Positions 1 to 14,930 are shown, counted from the first letter of the stretch. The stretch: 64,000 bases of DNA from Octopus vulgaris (GCA_951406725.2 OX597827.1:28148001-28212000), one strand, 5' to 3'. Notes: a model not told the origin generated them from the letters alone. Made by a program: numbers and translations.

Positions 1-11
1 CAATGGAATTA

Positions 12-312
12 GGTCAGTTGTTTGTTATGTTGAAGTGTCTCCTGACCTGTTGGAATTTGGTCATTTGGTGCACTGCATTCATTGGCAAGAATGGCTTCTA
101 GTGTTGCCATGTGCGCGTGGAAAATAGGAAATATTCTTTTAATCTCTTATTTTATTTTCGATCTGTTTTACAGATCTGTAAATGGATTGTTTCGTTAAGT
201 CCTCTGTTATTTTACTGTAAACATTAGCTTCGTTGTGATGAATGAACCAAGCGTTTATCATTGCAGTAATTTCATTTTCAACCCATCGGCGTTTTTGAAT
301 ATTATTGGCCAT
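12..312 (-). pseudogene. Myb/SANT-like (trihelix) DNA-binding domain remnant, possibly Harbinger-type ORF
   Basis: Reads MANNIQKRRWVENEITAMINAW..NVYSKITEDLTKQSIYRSVKQIENKIRD*, then in a shifted frame FHAHMATLEAIL. This matches the W..E...I..W / N..VY..I...L...R...Q...K pattern. Confidence 0.55.
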
Positions 313-810
313 ATTCAGTGGGACAGTATTGTATAATATATATATGTATGTGTATGCGTGTATATGTATATGTACACCAGTTATTGATGGCTTGATGTAA
401 AATAGTGAATACGTCGTTGAAAAGTTTGTGTCGATATACTCGGTATATACTTGTGTGTGGGAGAGTTCTGTGTATTTAGTACAATCAGGATGAGCGGTGT
501 GTTTAATAGAGATCAAGAAAAAAGAATGAAGAATTGTACTCACGGGACTAGTTTTAGAACTAGTCTTGGGTTTAGTTTTGGTTTATATTTCTTTCTCCAG
601 GTTGTATATAGATTTGTATAAATTAATCCTCGGATGGTAGTAAAAAAGTAGAATATTAGGATTGTAGAATTCAAAAGTTTTGAGACTAAAAACAAGGAGA
701 GTTTCTGTTGGCTTGAGTTGAAATATGCTTCTTTGGTTACTAACGGGAGCTGTGAAAAGATATTGACGGGAGCTATGAAAAGTACGTCTTGTCACGACGA
801 ATGCATAAAA

Positions 811-1077
811 TGTATGTATATATATGCATATATAGTTATATATATATGTGTATATATATATATATGTATATATATATGTATATATTTATATGTATATATA
901 TATATGTATATATATGTATATATATATGTATATATGTATATGTATATATATATATACATATATATATACATATATATATATACATATATATATACATATA
1001 TATATATATACATATATATATGAATATATATACATATATATATATACATATATATTTATATACATATATACATATAA

Positions 1078-1155
<78 letters not shown>

Positions 1156-1163
1156 ATATGTAT
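811..1163. repeat. (TA)n-rich microsatellite
   Basis: Direct sequence; source of the YI-repeat ORFs. Confidence 0.95.
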
Positions 1164-1283
1164 AAATGGAACAAAAACGTAATAGAGGGCACTAAAACGT
1201 ACGGACGGATAGGCGACAGAAAGGCATTCTAGAGAAACAATATTTAGAAGCGCAGGCAGAAAAAGACGGGTCATTCTTGGCTT

Positions 1284-1346
1284 TCATTCTTCAGTCATGT
1301 ACCAGAAGTCACGACCGTTTCGGAGGACAGTTATACTTGAGATGGT
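1284..1346 (-). ncRNA. Decayed non-circularly permuted hammerhead-like motif
   Basis: Minus strand: ACCAT-C-TCAAGTA ... CTCC-GAA-ACGGT ... TACATGA-CTGAAGA-ATGA. Stems I and III pair with one mismatch each. Confidence 0.5.
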
Positions 1347-1559
1347 TCGATCTTGTTGTCCCCAAAAAAGTCTAAGCTAAGTGCAAAGACAAAAAAAAAT
1401 ATCCCCCAAAAATAAAGAAACAAACAAACGGAGAACATGGTATAGTCTTTCGACTGAGAAAGATTCAAATTGATTTGGCGTGTATGGACTGAAAGTTTAT
1501 GTATGTATGTATGTATGTATGTATGTATGTATGTATTATGTATGTATGTATGTATGTAT

Positions 1560-1900
1560 GCAGAGAAAAAGCCGGTTTCTAACCTCGACCCAAATGTGCT
1601 TCATTGGAATTTCAACATCAACAACGAGATTTTTGTATTTTATATATGTGTGCAGATTTGTTTTATGTGTGCAGATTTGTATGCTTTGTTTCATATATGT
1701 ATTCTCATGCATACATTTGCATATCTAGACATGCTCATATGTATTTAAATGATAAACTTCTGGCAAGTTCCAAAGATTTTTACAGTTCCAGTAATGGATT
1801 AGATCTGTAGTCTTCGAATCAGGTTTCTCCTTTCTGGTTTTGAGAATGCCTAATTTTTCAAGATTGGTATTTTGGCGGTGTGTTACATATCCCAGGGCCC
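1560..1900 (+). repeat. Unclassified interspersed repeat (second copy about 33665-33780, inverted)
   Basis: tgcagatttgtatgcttt...ctagacatg...tttaaatgataaacttctgg is shared in reverse complement with 33665-33780. Confidence 0.6.
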
Positions 1901-2357
1901 CAATAATTACAGGTATATATATGTATTGAAAACAAACTTATAAGAGCCACGAATGAAATGAAAGAAATTCTTTATTTTAAAATTTCTACAATTGTTTCAA
2001 TATCTTTTTACCTCCTTAGTACATTGTTGAGATGTTGTGTTATCATTATAATGCATTTGAAAAGTTTAAAATGCACTTCTTCAGATGAATGTTTAAATAA
2101 GTCTTTCGTTAGATCTTACCATCATGTAAGCATGCTTACTCAAAGTGATGTGTCATTTCCAGCAGTTTACAAGCAAAAGTAAACCCATAGGTGTAGTGAG
2201 AGACAAAATACAATTATAATAAAAATATGAAACTTATAAGTGAATAGGGAAAAAAGGGAATGAGGTTGACTATACATTACAATTCTATTTTCAGGGTCAG
2301 ATTATAGGACAACGACGAGCAGAAGGAAAAAGAAGGAAAAGAAGACAAAAAAAAAAT

Positions 2358-2398
<41 letters not shown>

Positions 2399-2420
2399 GA
2401 TCATGAAGATACGGAAAAAT

Positions 2421-2479
2421 ATGAGTTAAGCAGCTTCTTCCTCGTCGGAAACCATGATGGGTGTCAGGCAGCAAGTCAT

Positions 2480-2480
<1 letters not shown>
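2421..2480 (-). mobile_element. CR1-group LINE RT fragment
   Basis: [17 protein letters not shown], the QHGF..GRSC RT motif. Confidence 0.8.
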
Positions 2481-2549
<69 letters not shown>

Positions 2550-2626
2550 CATATATATATACATATATACATATATATATATATATACATATATACATAT
2601 ATATATATATATTCATATATACATAT

Positions 2627-3513
2627 AAATCCTTAAATCCTTAAAAATGTTTTAGCCCGAAGGCCGCGGCCATGCTGGGGCACCACCGCTGAATGAGCTA
2701 CACTAGTTTGTGAATCCACCTCTGATACGTGGCACTTGATCAACAAGGGAGTTCGATGCTGCTGCCCGCATCCGTGTCTCCTGTCGTGAGGTAGGTTCAT
2801 CTGGGACTCCCAACAAGAAGAGATCCAGTTTAGTTTTAAAGAAACCCACATCCACACCATGTAAGTCTCTCAGGCATTTAGGGAGGATGTTAAAGAGCTG
2901 TGGTCCTCTGAAACCCAAGCTGTTGCAGTATCGGACCTGTATTTTGATGGTGATGTTGGAATCCTTGGCACCACGCAGCGGCGCCCGTTCTGCGGTTGGA
3001 GTAACTTTGAATGCCAAAGTTTGGGACAAGACCCTCCAGGATTTTCCAGATGTATATCACTGCATATCTCTCCCGCCTCCGCTCCAGGGAGAAGAGGTTT
3101 AATACCTTCAGTCTTTCCCAGTAGCTGACATTTTGCATTGAGACGATTTTTTTTGTGTAGCTTCTCTGAGTTGCTTCGAGTTCTGCTGTTTGTTTTATAT
3201 TGTGTGGTGACCAAAGTTGGGAGCAGTAGTCCAAGCGGCTAAGGACAAATGTTTTCCATAGGACCATCAGTGTCTCCTTCTCTCTTGTTCTGAAAGTTCG
3301 GAGAATCCATCCAGCTAGCCGTCTGCATTTTATCACCAGATTAGCAATATGCATTTGGAAAGATGCATCATTGCTCATGTCAATGCCCAGGTCACGCACT
3401 GATTTTGACTCAGGGATTGCAATTCTTCCTTGGCCAGTGTATCCAGTCTTCACGTCATTTACCTTTGTGTGCCAGTAGCGCAGGGCCTGGAACTTACCTG
3501 CATTAAACTGCAT
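2627..3513 (-). mobile_element. 5'-truncated CR1-group LINE (RT C-terminus and 3'UTR)
   Basis: [39 protein letters not shown] motifs; frameshifted; structured 3' tail ending in AAGGATTT repeats; flanked by (TA)n. Confidence 0.9.
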
Positions 3514-3676
3514 ATATACATATATATACATATATGCATATATTTAATATATGTATATATATATATGTATATATGTGTATATTTAATATATGTATATATA
3601 TATATGTATATATGTATATATGTATATATATATATGTATATATATATATGTATTTATGTATATATATATGTATGTA

Positions 3677-3769
<93 letters not shown>

Positions 3770-3856
3770 ATATACATATGTATGTATATATATATGTATG
3801 TATATATATATATGTATGTATATATATATGTATATATATATGTATACGTATATATG

Positions 3857-3900
<44 letters not shown>

Positions 3901-3913
3901 ATAATAATAATAA

Positions 3914-4813
3914 TATGCAGGATAATTATATGCAGTTTAATGCTGAAACGTTCCAGGCCCTGCGCTACCAGCATCCAGAACTAAATATTAAACTTACAGG
4001 ATACACCGGTCCACAGGGAATTTCAATCCAAGAGCCTAAGTCTGTGAGGGACCTGGGTATCGACATGAGTGATGATACCTGTTTCCAAGTGCACATTACC
4101 AGGATGGCGACAAAGTGCAGACGACTGGCTGGGTAGATCCTAAGAACATTCAGAACCAGAGATAAGGAAACCATGATGGTCATCTGGCGGACATTCGTTC
4201 TCAGCCGCCTGGATTACTGCTCACAGCTATGGTCATCCACCAGTGTAAAATTAACAGCGGACCTTGAAGCAATCCAGAGAAGATTCACAAAGAAGATCGT
4301 CTCTTTGCAACAGCTCAGCTACTGGGAAAGGTTGAAACAGCTAAGACTCTACTCCCTGGAGAGAAGACGGGAGAGGTATGCGGTAAAATATATACCTGGA
4401 GGATCCTGGAAGGAATTGTGCCAAATTTTGGCATTATAAGTTACACCAATGCTAGAACGGGACCAAACTGCATAGTGCCAAAGATCCCAGCAATGCCATC
4501 ACGCTTCAGGATCAGCTTCTGCAACAGCCTGGGTTTCAAAGGCCCACAGCTTTTTAATATTCTCCCAGAGAGTCTGAGGAACTTGTACAAAGTAGATGTA
4601 GCGGTTTTTAAATCAAGCTGGACATTTTCCTGTCAAGAGTCCCAGATGAACCTACTTCACGGCAAGAGGTGCAAATGGGAGTAGCTATATCAAACTCCAT
4701 TCTTCACCAAGTGCCACATATTACATGAGGTTCTTCGTAATAACAGTGTAGCACAAAACGGCGGTGCATCAGCATGGCCGCAGCTCAGAGCTAAAACTAG
4801 AGGGAAAAAAAAA
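3914..4813 (+). mobile_element. 5'-truncated CR1-group LINE
   Basis: Same motifs ([35 protein letters not shown]) with stops and frameshifts; structured tail plus A-tract. Confidence 0.9.
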
Positions 4814-6814
<2,001 letters not shown>

Positions 6815-6817
6815 TAT

Positions 6818-6875
6818 GCGGTGCCCCAGCATGGCCGCGGCTTGTGAGCTGAAACTAGATAAAAATTTTTTAAAA

Positions 6876-6938
<63 letters not shown>

Positions 6939-7010
6939 GCAACACCAAATGGCGGTGCCCCAACATGGCCGCGGCTTGTGAGCTGAAACTAGATAAAAAT
7001 TTTAAAAAAT
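6818..7010 (+). repeat. Two extra tandem copies of the LINE 3' tail separated by (TA)n
   Basis: gcggtgcccca(g/a)catggccgcggcttgtgagctgaaactagataaaaa at about 6818 and 6952. Confidence 0.9.
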
Positions 7011-7148
7011 TATATATATATATGTATGTGTATGTATATATATGTATGTATGTATGTATGTATATGTATGTATGTATATATATATATACATATATATATA
7101 TATGTATGTATGCATATATATATACATGTATGTATATGTATGTATGTA

Positions 7149-7179
<31 letters not shown>

Positions 7180-7402
7180 GTATGTATGCATATACATATA
7201 CATATACGTATATGTATGTATGTATATATATATACATAAATACATATATATATATACATATATATATGTATGTATTCATATATATATACTTGTATGTATA
7301 TGTATGTATGTATATATATATAAACATACATACATGCATACATATATATATATATGTACATATGTATATGTATGTATATATATATATGTATATATACATA
7401 TG

Positions 7403-7433
<31 letters not shown>

Positions 7434-7437
7434 GTAT

Positions 7438-7608
7438 GAACCAGAGATAAGGAAACCATGATGGTCCTCTGGCGGACATTCGTCCTCAGCCGCCTGGATT
7501 ACTGCTCACAGCTATAGTCACCCACCAGTGTAAAATTAACAGCGGACCTTGAAGCAATGCAGAGAATATTCACAAAGAAGATAGTCTCTTTGCAACAGCT
7601 CAGCTACT
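7438..7608 (+). mobile_element. CR1-group LINE internal fragment
   Basis: Near-identical to 4153-4323. Confidence 0.88.
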
Positions 7609-7948
7609 AAGCCTATTTGGATTTGCATGTCTATATAAATGTGGAGATGCTGGCAGACCATTAGATCGTTCGATGTTGCCTGATCGAGCCGGTGTAGTGG
7701 ATGAGTTTCCTAGCATTTCTAGATTTATAGGAAACATTATATTGACAAGGAAATGAACCTCTGGTTCTAATCCAGAAACGATTTCGTCTATAATTAATCC
7801 TAATTGGCTGGGGTTTCGTTGTTTTCTTTCTCTTTACCATATACGGGTTGAAAATTCTGTTTGTTTGTGGAGACTTTTTTACTAGTAGGAGAAATGGTGA
7901 CCTATTTTGGCTGCCATTTCTAATATTTTCGGTATGTGGTTTTGAGCA

Positions 7949-8036
<88 letters not shown>

Positions 8037-8461
8037 CTCAACTTGTGTGTCTGTGTGTGTATCTGTGTGTGTGTCTCTGTGTTTAACTTCCTGGCACATC
8101 TCCTCCTAACCAACAAATCGTAGAACCACCAAAAATAGGTCACTTAAAGTTTAGGCGAATGAAAATTGAACTGTGCTCTTTCTGTTCCGAAATTCATCTC
8201 GCAAGTGCAAAAATCGATAATGTGTTTTTTTAGGCCTTATCCATGCATTGAATAGTGAACTTTACTCAGTCAGCTGTTTGACGTGAACTGTGTTCACCAC
8301 GCGTGCAAGCATGCGTAAATTGCGTGAAAAATAAAAAAGATCGCCGTAAACATTGTAAAAATTCGGCAAAGAAATGAATTTTCGGGATGTAGCCTGGAGG
8401 TTTTTTCATATCAATATATATATACCATTATATATATATGTATGTATATATATATGTATGA

Positions 8462-8610
<149 letters not shown>

Positions 8611-8629
8611 TATACATATATATATATAT

Positions 8630-8882
8630 GAGAGTATGATAGAAGAATGCTATTTCTTCCTTCCGTAGAAGAAAAATTCAAATCGGACCATGTTAACATC
8701 AAAAAGGTGCTTTTTTTCTATGAAAATCCCTATTTTTACGATGTTTTGACTGCTGTGACGTCATTTTTCGGTGTATTTCACTTAAAGAGAATAACAAGCT
8801 ACATACTGCCAAATTTTTACTTTTCAAAAATTCCAATTCTAAAGATTCTAAACAAACCGCAACGCCGAGCGATACTACTAGT
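8630..8882 (-). mobile_element. Helentron/DINE-like non-autonomous element
   Basis: Minus strand starts ACTAGTAGTATCGCTCGGCGTTGCGG (ACTAG plus short GC hairpin), flanked by (TA)n. Confidence 0.45.
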
Positions 8883-8989
8883 ATATATATATATAAGGCT
8901 TTTTTCAGCCCAAGTCCATAGTAGAAGACACTTTCTCAAGCTGCGAGGCAGTGGGACAGAACCCGGATCCATATAAGGAACCCTATAAG

Positions 8990-9175
8990 GCTCCTGTAAG
9001 ACTTTCTTTATTCTTTTTAATAAACATTTACTTGTTATCTGGGACAGATTTCTAACCAGGTAAGCAAGCTCGTAGGAGTTCCCTATATGAGTCAGAAATT
9101 CATAGAGTCTCCCCACTTGGTTCAAATCATCCCCGTAGGAGCATATTTTTATAGCGGGCGGCACCTGAGCACAAC
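8990..9175 (-). pseudogene. Possible Penelope-like RT fragment
   Basis: THIGNSYELAYLVRNLSQI resembles the PLE motif IGS.TY.LAKYL...L.P; highly decayed. Confidence 0.3.
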
Positions 9176-9274
9176 GTACACACAGAAAGAAATAGATTGG
9201 CCGAATCGGTAGAGTGGCTGGGATAGTATGTCACGGGGCACAGTTCATTACCTTTCCATTCTGAGCTCAAACCT

Positions 9275-9632
9275 CGCCGTATTTCGTCTGCTGATACGTT
9301 CTGAGTTCAAATTCCGCCGAGGTCGACTCTGCCTTTCATCCTTTCGGGGTCGATTAAATAAGTACCAGTTACGCACTGGGGTCGATGTAATCGACTTAAT
9401 CTGTTTGCTTGTCCTTGTTCGTCCTCTCTGTGTTTAGCCCCTCGTGGATAGTAAAGAAATATTTATTTCGTCTGTCTTTATGTCCAGCGTTCAAATTCCA
9501 CCAAGGTCGACTTTGCTTTTATCCTATCGGATTCGATAAAAAAAATGCATCAGTTAAGCACTTAGGTCGTAGTAATCGATTTGCCCCACTACCCTGAAAT
9601 TACTAGCCGTGTGCCAAAATCTGAAACCAATA
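9275..9632 (+). mobile_element. SINE family A (Nin/Deu-like core), internally duplicated
   Basis: gttctgagttcaaattccgccgaggtcgactctgcctttcatcctttcggggtcgat core, present twice. Confidence 0.8.
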
Positions 9633-9693
9633 TTTGTACATTCATAAATGCCACCATGCTGTATGTGCCTAGAGAGAAATAGATGAGAGATTA

Positions 9694-9738
<45 letters not shown>

Positions 9739-10605
9739 GGGGGGAGAGGCACTATGACAGAGAAAGAGAAAGAGACTGAGCAAGAGAGGGACTATGAGAG
9801 AGAGAGAGAAAGCGAGAGTGAGAGTGAGAGTGAGTGAGAGAGGGGGAGCAATGTAGCAAGCAAGAAATTCAATAGAAACGAGTAACGGCAATAGAAGAGC
9901 TAAGAGGATGCCATGTTTTATCATGGCTACATTTATAAACTAATTTTGATGGACAGAAATAAAAACAAAATAAAACGATATTAACGTCTTATAGAATAAC
10001 CAGTGTATATTTAATTATCATTGACCATTTTTTATTAGTATTTCTACTATTTTACTCAACAACAAACACGTTATTAGTACTTTATAGTCAAGTTAAGGAA
10101 TTTTGATCCATCCTCTCAAAGAGAAAATAAACTTGTGTTTTTGATGAGTTTCGTAAAGTCGGGACAGCCTTCATTAATCATAATTTAAATCTAATTATCA
10201 TTCGCTGTTGTCGTTGTTATTGTTAATGGCCACACGCCCCCCTCCTGGCTCTTACACCCCTGTCTCCTTCAAAATAACCAGCTTTATCGGTTTGTACTAG
10301 TTGCAACAGTAAATGACGCAATTAACACTAAAACCAAAAGAGTTGAACAAATCTTGCAGTGAATCGATCAATAAGGAAAATCTGAACCGAACTGAGAGAG
10401 GAACAAATGGAGAAAGAAGACGCTGAGTGAAACATCGCTTTAATTAGATGTTGACACACAAGTAAAGTAGTGTTGATGCCGTTGTTTACTTGTCTAATTT
10501 TATTTCTTTTATTGCTGTGTCTGTTTTCTTTTTCTGTTATTTATTTATTTTTTCTTTTTAAAAATAATATAACACGCAAAAAAGATTCTATAATATTTAA
10601 ATAAA

Positions 10606-10669
<64 letters not shown>

Positions 10670-10853
10670 TAGAGGACTGACCACTAAAAGTGGACAGCCT
10701 ATATGCTAGATATAGATGTCAAATCGCTATTTTCCACGAAGAATGTTTGTCCACTTTTAGTGGTCAGTCCTTTAAATTTTTAATCTTCGGATTTTTTTAA
10801 ATATGCTAGGCCACTGGTTTTAATTGATTAATATCAATTTTTCCCATTATTTA

Positions 10854-10889
<36 letters not shown>

Positions 10890-11059
10890 CATACATATAC
10901 ACATACGTACATACAAACATACAGACGCACGCACACACATATGCATACATACGTACATACATACATACATACATACATGCATGCATACATACATACATTC
11001 ATACATACATACGTACAAATAAGCATAGATATGTATATTTTTAGACAAGAATATTATTG

Positions 11060-11104
11060 ACAGTGACTATGGAGTTCCGGCAAGTTAAGCCATCGTCAGA
11101 CTGC
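11060..11104 (-). ncRNA. Degenerate type I hammerhead ribozyme
   Basis: GCAGT-CTGACGA-T-GGC..GCC-GGAAC-TCCATA-GTC-ACTGT; GAAA is mutated to GGAA. Confidence 0.55.
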
Positions 11105-11233
11105 TTAACGGCTTCGAAGTCACTATCAATGACATTCCTGTTGAAAAATATTAAACTTTTACTCTACAAAAGTACAAAGATTCATATAAATTTCTTTATG
11201 TAACTGAGCGTAAAAACAAACATTAACACATTG

Positions 11234-11307
<74 letters not shown>

Positions 11308-11651
11308 TGTGTGTGTATGTGTGTGTGTAGCATTCACTATCTTTCTCCTCGTTCAGGTTTAACGACCCTCCATGTTTGTTTTCGTTCGGTTTCTTTCTAT
11401 GTCTCCACTGTCCTGTTTTTGATCCTTTGACCCTCCATAAATCCAAAATTTTATTTTGGTATTATTGGGACCAACTGTCTTCGAAATGAGGAATAGATAG
11501 ACAGGCGACAACTGATGAAAGGTCATTCTTTTAGTTACTTGTCCTGTTTTCCATTGTTTTCTCTCGTTGTTTGCGTATTGAACACATTTGTTTTCGTATT
11601 TAATGTTGTTTCCTGTTGGTGACGTCCTATACCCATATATGCATATGTATG

Positions 11652-11723
<72 letters not shown>

Positions 11724-12439
11724 ATCCAAACATGAAAACACAAAGAGAAAACATGTATATATATATTATTTATATTATTGTATATATATGTATGTATGTG
11801 TATGTATGTATATTGCTCCGTTCTTTATTTCGCACATTCTCACCAACCCAACAATATATCGTAAACGGAATTATATTCTTTGAAGGAGGAAAGAAGACAT
11901 GTTACCTTCTCTTCTCTGTCCATTTTTCATTGTCCTTCTCCTCCCCCTTCTTTGTTCACTTCACTTCTCGTTAGTCTGTCCATGGTCATCTATTGTTCGT
12001 ATTATTATGGTTATTGTTGTTGTTCTTCTTCTTGGTGGTGGTGTAGGTGATGGTGACGGTATGGCGGTTGTGTTCTTATTGATGATCATGATGTTATACA
12101 CGTGCTGTTTTGTTTTCATTTCATTTGCCAAGGAAATGAAGGAAAAGTATTTTCAAGACATTTTTCTTTATTTTATTTTATTTTTTTAGTTTTCTAATTT
12201 GATTCAATCTGTTCTGAAATTTAGTCAATCTGACAACTTGCATTGTCATTCCCTCTTAATTACAAAGGTGTTAACATTTATTTGGCTTCTGTTTTGAAGC
12301 GTTTTCCTTTGCTATTAATGACTAAAGTAAGCTAACACGCAGAAGCTTGAAGGCGTGGTTAAGAAGTACGTTTCACAATCACGTTGTTACGCGTTCGATT
12401 CCACTGTAGGACAAAGAGGGTAATATTTATCTGTTACTT

Positions 12440-13018
12440 AAGGCGGCGTGGTGGCAGAAACATTAACACACCAGGGGAAATGCTAAGCGGTATTTTGTCT
12501 GTCTTTACGTTCTGAGTTCAAATTCCGCGGATGTCGACTTTCCCTTTCATCCTTTCGGGGTCGATAAATTAAGTACCAGTTACGCACTGGTATTGACTTA
12601 ATCCGTGTGTCTGTCCTTGTTTGTCCCCTTTATGTTTAGCACCTTGTGGGTAGTAAAGAAATAGGTTTTTCGTCTGCCGCTACGTTCTGATTTCAAATGC
12701 CGCCGAGGTCGACTTTGCCTTTCAACCTTTCGGGGTCGATTAAATAAGTACCAATTACGCACTGGAGTCGATATAATCGACTTAATCCGTTTGTCTGTCC
12801 TTGATTGTCCTCTCTGTGTTTAGCCCCTTGTGGGTAGTAAAGAAATAGGTATTTTGTCTGTCTTTACGTTCTGAGTTCAAATTCCGCGGAGGTCGACTTT
12901 GCCTTTGATCATTTCGGGGTCGACAAATTAAGTACCAGTTGCGTACTGGGGTCGATCTAGTCGACTAGCTCCCTCCAGAAAAATTTCGGGCCGTGTGCCT
13001 AGAGTAGCAAAGAATATT
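12440..13018 (+). mobile_element. SINE family A, three tandem core units
   Basis: Head aaggcggcg.. ggcagaaac, three B-box/core units about 180 bp apart, tail aaaatttcgggccgtgtgcctagagtag. Confidence 0.88.
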
Positions 13019-13619
13019 TATCTGCTACTTATTTTAGTCATTAGACTGCCGCCACGCTGGAGCACCACACTGAAGGAGTCTTTAGTTGGATAAATCTACT
13101 CCAGTACTATTTTTAGACCTGGTAATTATTTAATCGGACTCTTATAACAAACCGCTAGATTACGGGGTCGTAATCACACCTCCATCGATTGACAAGCAGC
13201 GGTAGAAGACAAACACAAATACGCGCACGCGAACATGCACACACATATCAACATACATATGCGCACACGCGTGCGCGCGCACACACATGTACAAACACAC
13301 ACACGAATATAAATATATATATGCGTGTGTGTGTGTGTGTGTGTTTGTTTGAAAATGTAGTTGAAAGCGCTCGCGCAAACTAGAATGTAACTTTTTCCAA
13401 AACCGGTCAGTGACGTTCTAGTAAAGAATTAACAACTGTTTTTTAAAAAGTCTTTTTTAAAGCTGTTTCAAATGATTTTCACAAAATCCGCAAGATTCCG
13501 AGTTCGATTCCAAGCAGTGACCTGAACAACAACAGCAATAATAATAATAACAATAATAACGGCGGTGCATCAGTTGGCCGCAGTTCTAAGCTGAAACTAC
13601 AGATATATATATATATGTT

Positions 13620-14140
13620 CTAGTCATTTGACTGCAGTAATGCTGGAGCACCGCCTTTCGCTGAACAAATTGAACCCAGGACACATTCTTTATAAGCCTA
13701 GTACTTATTCTATCGGTCTGTTTTGCCAAACCGCTAAGTTACGGGGACACAAACACACCATCATTGGTTGTCAAGCGATGTTGGGGGAACAAACATACAC
13801 ACACACACACACATATATATCTGTGCGTATCCGTGTGCGTTTTTGTGTCTCTGTTTGTCCTCCCACCACCATCGCTTGATAACCGACGCTCGTGTGTTTA
13901 CGTCCCTGTAACTTAGCGGTTCAGCAAAAGTGACCGATGGAATAAGTACTTGGTGTACAAAGAATAAGACCTGGGTATGATTTGTTCGGCTACAAGGCGT
14001 TGCTCCATCATGGTTGCAGTCAAATAACCGAAACGGGTCAAAAAATAAAAGAAAGGAAAGACAATGACCGATCCCAGACTGTAGTAGAAGATTGTTGCTC
14101 AAGGTACCGCGCAGTGGATTCGAACCTAAAACAACGTGGA
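13620..14140. mobile_element. SINE family B fragments in both orientations
   Basis: cttgacaaccgatg / cccgtaacttagcggtt / gctccagcatgg modules. Confidence 0.75.
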
Positions 14141-14224
14141 TACAAAGCGAGTTATTCTATAGATACCATTTTTAAAATCTCATTTGATCTTTTTTCATTG
14201 AAGCTTTATGTAAAACATCGCTTG

Positions 14225-14358
14225 TTCTAAGTTCGATACTACTGGCAGGCGAGGCAACTTGGGCGAGTATCACCTACTCTAGCCTTCAGCCGACCAAAAC
14301 CTTCTGAGTGGAATTGGTAGATGGAAACTAAAAGAAGCCTGTCGTGTATATATATATA

Positions 14359-14417
<59 letters not shown>

Positions 14418-14596
14418 GTATATATGTATATGTATATATGTATATATATATATATATATATATGTATATGTATATATATATGTTTATATGTATATATATA
14501 TATGTGTATATGTATATATATGTGTATATGTATATATATGTATATATGTATAAATATGTATATATATATATATGTATATATGTATATGTATATATG

Positions 14597-14629
<33 letters not shown>

Positions 14630-14930
14630 GTATATATATATGTACATATATATATGTATATATATATGTATGTATATGTGTGTGTGTATGTATGTATATG
14701 CGTGCGCGTGTATTTTTGTGTCTTTGTCCCCCACCACAGCTTGGCAACTGGTGTTGGTGTGTTTACGTCTCCCTGTCTTAGTGATTTGGCAAAGAAAGCC
14801 AGGCTAAAAAAAAACCCAAAAACGAAGAACAGTAGGGTCGATTCATTCGACTAAAATATGCTTCAAGCCGTTGCTCCAGCATGACCGCAATCTAATGACT
14901 GAAACAAATACTAGACAAAATATAAAAGAC
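14225..14930 (+). mobile_element. SINE family B (CORE-like) with expanded internal (TA)n
   Basis: cttgggcgagt, ccgaccaaa..ggtagatggaaac, microsatellite, tail gctccagcatgaccgca..gactgaaac. Confidence 0.78.

Noticed and set aside
2040-2090. Minus-strand CTGAAGA followed by a 9-bp hairpin
   Set aside because: No GAAA and no stems I/III; too decayed to call an HHR.
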